Source: Cyanophora paradoxa CCMP329 (Eukaryota > Plantae > Glaucophyta). From it: a stretch of DNA of 64,000 nucleotides. Location: assembly GCA_004431415.1 (NCBI GenBank), contig QPMI01000477.1, positions 62,001 to 126,000 of the forward strand. The letters are read 5' to 3'. Positions 10,391 through 19,370 of this stretch are shown one piece after another (the stretch's first letter is position 1; every line of letters starts with the position of its first letter). Made by a program: the position numbers and the translations under genes. Under the pieces are notes generated by a model that ran no database searches, was not told where the DNA came from, and saw only the letters and a program-made list of their open reading frames with translations.

Positions 10391-11131
10391 TTAAGATAAG
10401 ATTTTAAAACGCTTCTTTTTGGGAATAGGCGTTGACTCTTCTTTCTTAGACTCTTCTTGTCTTAGCCATTTAGAGAAACGAAAACTCTTATCTTCGACAG
10501 CTTTATCAACGTACCAGGCCGTATCGTACTTGGTCCCATCAAGGACTAGACACTGATAATCATGCGCCCACTTTTCGAACATGGCTATAAACTCATCCTT
10601 TGGTAGGTGAGAAAACTCTCTATATATTGCCTCAAGTTCGGTGTGATTTGAATAGCTAAAGAAAAAGCAGTAATCACTGTTCGATCTTATAGATTGACTC
10701 AATGCTGTTAGCTTTTGCGTCATAAGAATCGTACTTATATTAAAATGACGACCTTGTGTAAAAAGTCGATTAACGGTCTTGCTATTTCGCAGATCAACAG
10801 TTTCAGAGGCAGCAACGAGATCATCCAATACAAGCAATATCTGCGGCGCTTTCTTTTTGTTTTCAATCAAATTGCGCTGTGAATCAATGATTTCTGCAAC
10901 GATAGATGGCTGAAAATCGTCGTAAAGCTCTTTAGTTATTGCAGAGTATTCACCATTGAATTTGGTGGCAGTGAAAACGACGACTCGGTTGATCTTTGGA
11001 TAGAGCAGTCGAAGCAGATGCTTTGTGCAATAGAAGGATTTGCCGCTATTAGACTTTGAAATAAACAGGGCCTTAAAAGGAACCCTCATTTCTCCCGGCT
11101 GGAACTTTGCGAGTTCTTGAGACGGATCCAT
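10391..11131 (-). CDS. A32/FtsK-like genome packaging ATPase
   Basis: Walker A variant SKSNSGKS, Walker B LLVLDDL and the A32 motif LFTQGRHFNISTILMTQ. The ATG at 11131 avoids overlap with the MCP gene. Confidence 0.93.
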   Translation of the reverse strand: MDPSQELAKFQPGEMRVPFKALFISKSNSGKSFYCTKHLLRLLYPKINRVVVFTATKFNGEYSAITKELYDDFQPSIVAEIIDSQRNLIENKKKAPQILLVLDDLVAASETVDLRNSKTVNRLFTQGRHFNISTILMTQKLTALSQSIRSNSDYCFFFSYSNHTELEAIYREFSHLPKDEFIAMFEKWAHDYQCLVLDGTKYDTAWYVDKAVEDKSFRFSKWLRQEESKKEESTPIPKKKRFKILS

Positions 11132-11156
11132 CAAAAAATAAACTACCGAGATACGA

Positions 11157-12545
11157 CTAGAGGTTGACCTTGCGAAGCCCTGCAGCATCAACAATTAGGA
11201 CAGTGTGCAGGAGTGCTCGTACCTGAACGTAGATCTTGTTGTTTGCATCGTATGCAGCAGGGTTCATGATATTCAGGAAGCAGCTGCTGCTGTTGGTGAG
11301 ATCAACAAAACCAGTTTGAGCAGCATTTCGAATCGATTTATCTCCACTAATGCAAAATGGCAAACCAGTCAGAACATATCTGTTAAGAGGCGCGTCTAGA
11401 TTTGAGCACTTGAACACATCAGCGATGAGTTCAGCACCTTGCAATAGAGGAACAGGCTCGTTTGAATAAAGCCGCTGGCCATTCAATTCGCAGGAAATAG
11501 TTATATCACGAGTATTTGCCTCGGTTTTGAGGACACTGTGTTTTCCGTCAGTTTGGTTCATATTTGTCTGCTTACGAATGCTAACAAAAAGGCCATAGCA
11601 GAGCCCACTGATTTGAGACAGATTAATTCTGGTTGGCGCACCAGCACCAGCATAAGTAATTGAATCAGCATCAACCCAGCCGACATCGGTAGCGGGAATT
11701 GCGATTCCAGACGTTTTGACTTTCTCAATCACCTGGGCAAAAGTGGCCTCATCAACGTTGATGCAATGAGCAATAATCTTTGGATTCGAAAGCTCCGGAT
11801 TGGCAGGGGTGACACTGAGAACATTGGGAGTTATATTCTGGCCGATGTTTGCAGGGGATGCAGCAGCAGCTCCCACGCTCCCAAGTCCATCTTCTTTAGA
11901 AGCATCACCGCCTATGGCATATTCTGTTACAAACCTACCACCATAGCTGGTTTCGACGAAGCCCTGGGCACGATCACGGAACCAAACCTCGACGGAAACC
12001 TCGCCAGATAGAGCACCAATCGGAAGCACAGAACCCTCCCAGGGACAGGGGATTTTTACACTGAAAATACCTCCAGTGCGATTGCTCCCCTGAGGTGGTG
12101 TTCCATGGAGCCAGCCACCGGATCGGTACTTCTTTTTAAGCTGAGCATCATCATTGAAAATCAGAGCGCTGTGAACAAGCCAGTCCTCGGGGACAATGTA
12201 GCTGTAGGAAGCATATTTGATTTCGATTCGCTTTACGAGAGCACCAACCGATCGCAAATAACCAGTGCGAACCAGGTCAGTGTCACCAGTAAATGCTGTC
12301 AGCTCGGGAAGGGTAAACTGGAGTTCGAGCCCCTGAAGGAAATTGTAGCGGGGCAGGAAATAAGTAACCCTCTTTCCGAAGCAGTCTCCATAGTCATTGC
12401 TTGGGTTGACAACAACACGCACAGGCTTTGTTTGGCTGGTTAGACCTAACATAAGCTCATTGTTCATGAAGAAGTCCTTTGCTTCCTGCGGAGTTGTCAG
12501 GAGCTCTTTGAGACCGAGCCGCTGCAAGTTTTGGGTAACATCCAT
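11157..12545 (-). CDS. Major capsid protein, probably double jelly-roll
   Basis: 462 aa, beta-rich, lying between the penton and the ATPase. FGKRVTYFLPR..LELQFTLPEL..ALVKRIEIK..DWL resembles the N-terminal jelly-roll of NCLDV-type MCPs. Confidence 0.82.
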   Translation of the reverse strand: MDVTQNLQRLGLKELLTTPQEAKDFFMNNELMLGLTSQTKPVRVVVNPSNDYGDCFGKRVTYFLPRYNFLQGLELQFTLPELTAFTGDTDLVRTGYLRSVGALVKRIEIKYASYSYIVPEDWLVHSALIFNDDAQLKKKYRSGGWLHGTPPQGSNRTGGIFSVKIPCPWEGSVLPIGALSGEVSVEVWFRDRAQGFVETSYGGRFVTEYAIGGDASKEDGLGSVGAAAASPANIGQNITPNVLSVTPANPELSNPKIIAHCINVDEATFAQVIEKVKTSGIAIPATDVGWVDADSITYAGAGAPTRINLSQISGLCYGLFVSIRKQTNMNQTDGKHSVLKTEANTRDITISCELNGQRLYSNEPVPLLQGAELIADVFKCSNLDAPLNRYVLTGLPFCISGDKSIRNAAQTGFVDLTNSSSCFLNIMNPAAYDANNKIYVQVRALLHTVLIVDAAGLRKVNL

Positions 12546-12617
12546 TGAAGTATATAATTGCAGTGAAAGAAAATAATTTCGGACGAAGTCAGGGGCCTTC
12601 TGGCTCCGCCGCTTAGC

Positions 12618-13574
12618 TCAATTTGACGAATTGATCCAAGGATATGTCTTTGACCTTTTCTGGAGCTGAAGCTTTGCAAGCTCGTAGACAACATCCCCAT
12701 TGGGTTCGTCTGGACCATAACGAATTTCGAGAATAAATGAGACAGGAGCTCCATTTAAATCAGCAATTCGCTGCATAAAATCGTAAATTTCAATAGTCAC
12801 AGAGTAGAGGTCCAGCTTTGAATAAACATACTTATACAAAGGAGTTGCTTCAGTAGAATCGTAGTAGGCCGTCTCACCAGGACGAAGGCTATTTGGAATG
12901 CTAATTTTGGCAAAGAAGCCAGGTATTGAAGTATTGGGCATACTGACAAGGTCACCAATTTCAGGAATGCGAAGGAGCACATGATCATCGGGAGTGACAT
13001 CAGGTTCATAAGCGCCCTCTATATATTGAACATCGACAGATAAATCCTTCGACCGGATCGGTAGAATTGATCTCAGCCCTAGAAGCTTTGCAGTTCTTTG
13101 AGCCCTTGCAACAGCCTGGTAGTTTCTGACTTCCCGCCCACCCTGGTTAGGTGGCAACATCAGAGCAATAAAGAACTCGAAGCTAGCTGTGAACCCTATT
13201 AATTTAACCGCTGAATTATACGTGCACGTGATACCAGTCCCCGTCAACCTTTCGTTTATCTTTGTCACAAGCGAGGTGACGTCGTAATTTCCAGGTGGAA
13301 TCGCAATGTTATTCCACGCACCAAAGCCTGGCTGAGGTGGGTCTGGTCCCTCATTTGCAGGATCATATTTGCACCAATATATATAGGTGTCAAAGACCAA
13401 ATCCTCTGCTGGATCGAGTATATCAATTGTGCTCATTGTGTTGGGGATCTCAGCTGATACCAAGCGCACAGCTTTCACATCCTGATAAACTTTAGGCAGT
13501 CTTACTTTAAATTTTGAGGTGGATGTCAGCTCATCCGCTTGGTGGCTTGCAATGCAGACGTAGTCCGTTGGCAT
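12618..13574 (-). CDS. Minor capsid (penton-like) protein 1
   Basis: FKVRLPKVYQDVKAVRLVSAEIPNT, IPPGNY, FFAKI and VTIEIYD..DLNGAPVSFILEI match the single jelly-roll penton pattern of PLVs and NCLDVs. Confidence 0.82.
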   Translation of the reverse strand: MPTDYVCIASHQADELTSTSKFKVRLPKVYQDVKAVRLVSAEIPNTMSTIDILDPAEDLVFDTYIYWCKYDPANEGPDPPQPGFGAWNNIAIPPGNYDVTSLVTKINERLTGTGITCTYNSAVKLIGFTASFEFFIALMLPPNQGGREVRNYQAVARAQRTAKLLGLRSILPIRSKDLSVDVQYIEGAYEPDVTPDDHVLLRIPEIGDLVSMPNTSIPGFFAKISIPNSLRPGETAYYDSTEATPLYKYVYSKLDLYSVTIEIYDFMQRIADLNGAPVSFILEIRYGPDEPNGDVVYELAKLQLQKRSKTYPWINSSN

Positions 13575-13602
13575 CTTTTTTATATCAGTTAGAGAATAAA
13601 AA

Positions 13603-14519
13603 ATGGTCGAAGACAAGCATCGACGCTGCGCCAGGCTCAGCTTTGACAGTAGAGACAGAAGGCCAATCGATTCAGAGGCAAACTTTGTGCTAGAAATAAA
13701 TGAACCTATAATCAATCCAGTTGCTGTTCGACTTACCCAGTGTGAGTTCGCAAACAGCCTTTACACGAGCATTAGAGATGAGTATCTTTCGATCACCTTC
13801 CCAACATTTGGACGGAAAATCTGGCAGTTTTTGAGCCTGGTATAATTACTACTGCAAATATGGGCGAAACAGATCTTTACAACTTTGGCCTATCGTTTAA
13901 GTTTGAACTGGGGGGAATCGTAATGGCATATTTCAAATTGTTTCGGGACCCAGAGACACTGAAGATGTCTGCCTATTGCAACCGTTCCTGCACAGTCACC
14001 TGCCAGTTCAAAGCTCTATCGAATCTGCTAGGGCTGAACCGATATGAGTCTCTCCAGCTGTCTCCTATCGTGTTTGAAGGAGGGAAAAGATCAGTAACTG
14101 CAGCTGAGCGATATCTCGAGGTTGCTGGCATTCCAGTAACACCTTCACACCCTGAATATGGCGTGGATTTCACCGAAAGAATGCGGAGTGAGCCACTTGG
14201 TTATGCTGTCGAATTTCCAAAGATAATTGACATGAACAGCGACCAGTATCTATTCCTTGTCTGTGAAGAGCTTCGACCATTTGCTTCAAAGCTTCGCCGT
14301 GGGGCCAAAACAATGTGCAACTACGGGCTTGCTCGAATTCAAATGAGTCAGGACGTTGGCAAATTCGTTTATATAAATCAGGATCATCAAGGCGAATGGA
14401 TCTCCATCGAAGAGCGTCTTGTGCTGACTTCCTTGCGACTGCGCATTGTAGACAGAGATGGTGATGATGTATTACTGAATGGATTGCCATGGTCTGGGGA
14501 GCTCCAGTTCATCACTTAG
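13603..14519 (+). CDS. Minor capsid (penton-like) protein 2, split by a -1 frameshift between 13782 and 13843
   Basis: The 5' ORF reads FDSRDR..NFVLEINEPIINPVAVRLTQCEFANS. The 3' frame reads VFEPGI..QYLFL..LARI..LRLRIVDRDG..LNGLPWSGELQF. The two halves together match one penton. Confidence 0.75.
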
Positions 14520-14703
14520 GGAAAGTCGCCAGAGTCGCAGACAAGCAGCGACCGCTGCGCCAAACTGATTTGAAAAGTCGCAGACAAGCCGAAGGCAAGG
14601 AGCCCGAAGGGCAAGAATGCCCATCTTGGCTTTCGCCTTCTTGGCTCCGCACAGCTCGGCTGTGCCTCCGCCCCGTTTTATTTCTTGGCACAATATATAA
14701 AAA

Positions 14704-15066
14704 ATGTCGCAGTTGATGCCCATAGCTCAGATTGAAAAGTACTTACCGTTGATGCGGGACAAAAAAGTATCACTTGTTGCGATTGGAGATAAGCCAAGCA
14801 CACAAACAAACCTAGGTTTTCTGCAAGCTTACCGCCGATTTGGTCCTGACGGAATCAAAAAGGAGCTCGCAACCAAAAACAGTCGGCAGACAAGCAGCCT
14901 CGGCGGCGCCCAAACTTGGTATCAGCGAAGAGAGAATTACATTAAGAGGCGACTGGGAGGGCGTAATGGAGCACCATTTTGGGAGAAAGATAAATCTGGC
15001 AGAACTATTCCAACACGTCTTGGACTCTCTCTGATTTCCTGGGCATTCATGCCGCCGCCTAATTAA
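14704..15066 (+). CDS. Hypothetical viral protein, 120 aa
   Basis: TATATAAAAAATG start context. GFLQAY..WYQRRENYIKR..PTRLGLSLISWAF recalls an uncharacterised large-DNA-virus protein family (from memory, unverified). Confidence 0.7.
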   Translation: MSQLMPIAQIEKYLPLMRDKKVSLVAIGDKPSTQTNLGFLQAYRRFGPDGIKKELATKNSRQTSSLGGAQTWYQRRENYIKRRLGGRNGAPFWEKDKSGRTIPTRLGLSLISWAFMPPPN

Positions 15067-15325
15067 TGTAACGTCCCCGGAAATCAAGCCGGAATGCATT
15101 CACATTTATAAATTCGTTTGTTATAATTTGCACATAGTTATATACCTGTGGGGTGATCAAGTGCGAGTCACTATGCATTAGATCGAAGCCTGTCATAGAT
15201 GGGTTTGCAGCAAGCACATTTGCTAGGACCGTGTTTTCAAATAGTGCCCCGTCTCGTAAATATCCTAAATTGGTCAGAATGCTGAAATTAAATAGAACTC
15301 CGGCGGCAAAGGCTGGCCCATACAT
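15059..15325 (-). CDS. Hypothetical protein, 88 aa
   Basis: ATG lies 2 nt after the patatin stop. Its stop overlaps that of the convergent gene (TAATTAA). Confidence 0.55.
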   Translation of the reverse strand: MYGPAFAAGVLFNFSILTNLGYLRDGALFENTVLANVLAANPSMTGFDLMHSDSHLITPQVYNYVQIITNEFINVNAFRLDFRGRYIN

Positions 15326-15327
15326 AA

Positions 15328-16542
15328 TTATTTGATGTAGCTCAAAAGGCTTTGGAAACTCGACTTTAATCCAGGATTAGGTAAAGTGCCCCCTTGGAAC
15401 CCTGTTGAGTTAGGTCGAACGTGAGAAGGTGGGTGCAATTCCTCAAAGTCGTTGCTTGTGATGTTTGCATCTGGAATTATAAACCAGTTGACATCAAATG
15501 GCGGCTCAACTGTTAAGGTAGACGATATGATAAGTCTCTCATCGTTCAGTATGTCGTAGTTCGCCAGTAGAAAGCTACAGAGTGCATTTATTTTGTTACT
15601 GATTTCGGTTTGTTTCAGCCATAAATCAGTTGTGGAAATCAAATAAGAAATATTCGAAGGCGAGGCATCATCAAGCTTGCTCATGACTGCAGCTGGCAGC
15701 GGAACACTTAAACGCCAGTATCTAGTTAGATTCCTATCTGCATCAACTGGAAGCAGTTCCTGCATTTGAAAGTGCGATTCCAGCTCGCTACCAGCCATTA
15801 GCATAGAAATGATTGGGCTGCCTGAGAGGGATAGAATCCAGCCCAGAGCGCCCCAGCCTGACGTCTCCGCATTTGAAAAGCCTGCAGTCAATTGCTCACT
15901 GGCTTGGACCTCGCCACAGCTAATGCTCACAAGAACAATTGGATCCTCTGCATCATAAATTTTGCTGGCGTGGCTGAGTGCAGCAACTGAGGGATTATTC
16001 AAACAGGCGATGGCCCCGTCAACAAGGTTTTTGTCTCCTAGAACCTTCGGTGGAAAGAATGTTGGCGCTGCAGAAGATGCTCTAACTGCATCACGAATCA
16101 GCGTGCTCGAGTATGGCCCATCTTTGGTGAAAACTACGGGCTGCATCCGAACTGTATCAAACGCTGTAATTAATATGTCTTTGGTCGATTCTGCAATTGT
16201 GTAGTCTAGGGCAACGTCTGTGAGCACCGACTCTAGAGGGTTTGCATCATAGCGGCTTCCTGAGAGCAAGCTTGTGAGTGATCTCGGATTTGCAAATATT
16301 ACAGGTAGGTTCGTTTGATATAAACTGAAGATATCACCTGCAGAATATCGATAAGCGAGAACAGAGCCTGGAGTTGATGGGATAGCCAAACCGGCCGCTA
16401 TTATTGCCCCTGTTGAGGTGCCTGCAAAGAAATCAAACAGTTGTGGAATTGCTTTCCCAGTAATCGCCTCGATCCGCTGTAGAATTCGGGCAATGACTAT
16501 GCCACGAGCACCTCCACCTGATAGTGAGAGAATGACCTTCAT
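15328..16542 (-). CDS. Patatin-like phospholipase
   Basis: LSLSGGGARG oxyanion motif, GTSTG nucleophile, SSAAPTFF and DGA catalytic Asp. ATG at 16542 in a TAAAAATG context. Confidence 0.93.
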   Translation of the reverse strand: MKVILSLSGGGARGIVIARILQRIEAITGKAIPQLFDFFAGTSTGAIIAAGLAIPSTPGSVLAYRYSAGDIFSLYQTNLPVIFANPRSLTSLLSGSRYDANPLESVLTDVALDYTIAESTKDILITAFDTVRMQPVVFTKDGPYSSTLIRDAVRASSAAPTFFPPKVLGDKNLVDGAIACLNNPSVAALSHASKIYDAEDPIVLVSISCGEVQASEQLTAGFSNAETSGWGALGWILSLSGSPIISMLMAGSELESHFQMQELLPVDADRNLTRYWRLSVPLPAAVMSKLDDASPSNISYLISTTDLWLKQTEISNKINALCSFLLANYDILNDERLIISSTLTVEPPFDVNWFIIPDANITSNDFEELHPPSHVRPNSTGFQGGTLPNPGLKSSFQSLLSYIK

Positions 16543-16566
16543 TTTTAAAAGGGGGCTTATATAAAA

Positions 16567-19350
16567 ATGTCCTACATCTTGAAGAAGCCAGTGCCACTTC
16601 GTAAAGCTCCAGATCTCGTGGATGATCGGCATATAAATATTCGCGTATTTGGAAGCATCTTGGCAGACTACAATGCTGATCGTGACATCCACAGGACCGA
16701 GTTTAATCGTCCAGCTGCATTAATTCTGCGCAACTCACATGTTGGCGCCCCGGATATTGCACAGAGATTTTGTCTGGGTCCAGCTGAGAATTATGTTGCT
16801 GAAATAATCGGATCCAGGGCGTTGCCGCGGCACCTGCGAATTGCCTCCTCAGGCACAGTTTCCAAGTATGATTCTGGTAGATTAATCTTTAGGCTCCAAA
16901 ATGATAGAGGGGTCCACACATCAGCTCTACGTCTAATTGATGAATCCAATGCTGTCACAAACAAGACTGCTGCTCAAATTACAGGGCGAATCCTCCTTGG
17001 TGAAGACGCAGGGATATCAGTGCTAGCATCACAAATCCAGCCGTTTCCCTGGGATTTACTTTTTACAGCTGCACGAGAAGCAAATATTCTATTCGGGTTT
17101 GATGTAAATCAAATCGATACCGAGCCAGCCACCAGGTTAGATATTCCTGGATGCACGTTTGGCTCGATCCTGATGGAAGCTGATAGGCACCTGCTCCCCG
17201 CATTGCATGATAGATATGACCTAGGGCTTCGCACCAGGCAGTGGCGAAATATTCATGGAACAAGTATTTACCAAGACGGCAAAAAAGTGATCACTGAACC
17301 GGAGATAATAAACATTTTCAACTACTACTTTGGACCTATTGTCCCTATACCACCTATACCACCTCTTCCAGGGCTACCGAAGCCTCCAACCCCGGATGGA
17401 CCAGGTCGAGAGCGAGTTGCTGACGAGACAGTTCCTTTCGGTCAACATATTGTTAGTTGGGAGCAAGTTCGCAATAAACCTATATTTGAACCGAAAAAAC
17501 AAATAGATGAACAGTATTTACCTCCTGAAATCGATATCGATCTTGATAATATACCGCTTGAATTTCCACCTGAGGATCACAGACATGTTTGGAGTGAGAT
17601 CGATGAGCAACCCGAGTTCGCAAAGTCAGAGCTTCCTGTCACACTAGCTGTCTCTCTCTACAAATCAATCAACACCCCTGAAAGGTTATATTTGAATGAA
17701 CACTATGTCCACAGGCAGGGAATTCGTGCCAACACTGACATGTCAGGCTCTTTGTTTGTACGGATTCCCCGCGAAATGGAGATAGTTGCTGCAGGTGGAA
17801 ATATCGGCTTGCAGGACACATTTCCCAGTATTTATGTTACAAACTACTACGCCTCTGACATCGAAATGACATCTGTTCTCCCTCCTTTTCTCCCTCCTTT
17901 GCCTTCTCTTCCATTAGATCCTCTTGCTCATGCTGATTTTCATTCTGCAATCCAGATCAACGTAACAGATGTTAGCGATTTAGATTCATCAAGACCGAAA
18001 TTAGTTTTCAGCCGAGAACGTCTTTTACCAGATGCTTTAATTGGAAACCGAGATGATTATAAGAAATGTGAAATAGCATGGGTCAAAACGAATTATAATG
18101 GTGGAGTTCCTGAGGGTCTTTTAGAAATAAATCAGAGAGCCGCAGCGAAAAACATTCACAACGAAAACATTTCAAGAGTGGTAACAGAGGATTATCTGAG
18201 AGACAATGGAGCAACAATCATCGCAGGAATTGCTGTGGAGGGTGCTTACCTTCCTCTCACTGGTGGAACTGTCACAGGTGATGTTCATGCTCCGAATTTC
18301 CTTGTTGATACTCCAAATGCTCAGACATTTCCTGTTGTTCACCCAGGTGCTGAATATATATTAGATGCAAACACTCCAATTAGTAGAGTCGAATTACCAA
18401 CGAATTTCACCTTTAATCTTGTGGATGTGTTCCCAAACAGCCATAATCTCATGTATTTCTCTTCTGAGAATTACCTTTCAGGTGCATTTTCGCCCATTGA
18501 ACTCTCCATACCAAAGCAAAAGGTGAGCTACAAAGAACTCACAGATGTCCCGGCAGGATTTAGTGGTAAATGGACTGATATTACGGAGAAGCCAACTTGG
18601 AGTAGTGTAGCATTCACAGGTGATTACTACGATTTATCAAGAATTCCCGATTTCACCACTTATATACCTCGTTGGATTGATCAAAGTGTAATTATATCAG
18701 AATCTACACTCCCTTTCAATGGGACATGGGATAGACTATTTACTAAGCCGAATTTGCATGCTGTTGCCACAAGTGGTGATTACAACGATTTAACTAACAC
18801 CCCTATTGCACCGACCTTGCATGCTGTGGCTACAAGTGGAGACTACAATGATCTCATTAATACACCAAACTTGCATGCTGTGGCTACAAGCGGGAACTAT
18901 GACGATTTAATTAACACACCCACTTCGCCACCTACTCACAATCACAGCATAGAGTTGCTCACGAATTTCGGTAATTATGTGAATCCAAATGCATATGTGC
19001 AACAAGGGACAGCGGATGTAGTTATACCTAATCAAGTTTATACAGTAGGGCAAGTGTTTACAGCATCAGGAACCGTTACATTTTCTACCCCATATTATAG
19101 TGATCCAATAGTTAATGCTACTCTCGAAAATGATATTATCTTAACAAGTGTCAATTTTACAAACAGCATATATATCTCCGCTGAATTTGTGAGTGGGAAC
19201 CGTGTTGGTTTCAAAAATAAATTCACTTGGATTGCTATATTTACTTGTTACTCGGACATCAATTATACGAATGTGCCCCAAAACGAAAGAACCCTTAAAC
19301 TCCATTGGATTGCTGTCGGACCTCTCCAAAACAATAATATTCTCACGTAA
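16567..19350 (+). CDS. Large fibre/spike-like protein, 927 aa
   Basis: Phage tail-fibre-like repeats (WEQVRNKP, WTDITEKP, 3x LHAVATSG.Y.DL.NTP), YLPLTGGTVTG, LLP..DRYDLG..WRNIH, Pro-rich hinges and a C-terminal GTVTF..P..WIAVG beta domain. Confidence 0.8.
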   Translation: MSYILKKPVPLRKAPDLVDDRHINIRVFGSILADYNADRDIHRTEFNRPAALILRNSHVGAPDIAQRFCLGPAENYVAEIIGSRALPRHLRIASSGTVSKYDSGRLIFRLQNDRGVHTSALRLIDESNAVTNKTAAQITGRILLGEDAGISVLASQIQPFPWDLLFTAAREANILFGFDVNQIDTEPATRLDIPGCTFGSILMEADRHLLPALHDRYDLGLRTRQWRNIHGTSIYQDGKKVITEPEIINIFNYYFGPIVPIPPIPPLPGLPKPPTPDGPGRERVADETVPFGQHIVSWEQVRNKPIFEPKKQIDEQYLPPEIDIDLDNIPLEFPPEDHRHVWSEIDEQPEFAKSELPVTLAVSLYKSINTPERLYLNEHYVHRQGIRANTDMSGSLFVRIPREMEIVAAGGNIGLQDTFPSIYVTNYYASDIEMTSVLPPFLPPLPSLPLDPLAHADFHSAIQINVTDVSDLDSSRPKLVFSRERLLPDALIGNRDDYKKCEIAWVKTNYNGGVPEGLLEINQRAAAKNIHNENISRVVTEDYLRDNGATIIAGIAVEGAYLPLTGGTVTGDVHAPNFLVDTPNAQTFPVVHPGAEYILDANTPISRVELPTNFTFNLVDVFPNSHNLMYFSSENYLSGAFSPIELSIPKQKVSYKELTDVPAGFSGKWTDITEKPTWSSVAFTGDYYDLSRIPDFTTYIPRWIDQSVIISESTLPFNGTWDRLFTKPNLHAVATSGDYNDLTNTPIAPTLHAVATSGDYNDLINTPNLHAVATSGNYDDLINTPTSPPTHNHSIELLTNFGNYVNPNAYVQQGTADVVIPNQVYTVGQVFTASGTVTFSTPYYSDPIVNATLENDIILTSVNFTNSIYISAEFVSGNRVGFKNKFTWIAIFTCYSDINYTNVPQNERTLKLHWIAVGPLQNNNILT

Positions 19351-19370
19351 TTATAAAGAGCAATTTAAAG

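Noticed and set aside
13782-13872. An intron repairing the penton-2 frameshift
   Set aside because: The GT..AG candidates of 46 nt (13782-13827) and 33 nt (13840-13872) do not join the two frames.
14472-14723. Short ORFs between penton 2 and the 120-aa gene
   Set aside because: No motif, overlaps with neighbours and no clear start context, though a small gene cannot be excluded.
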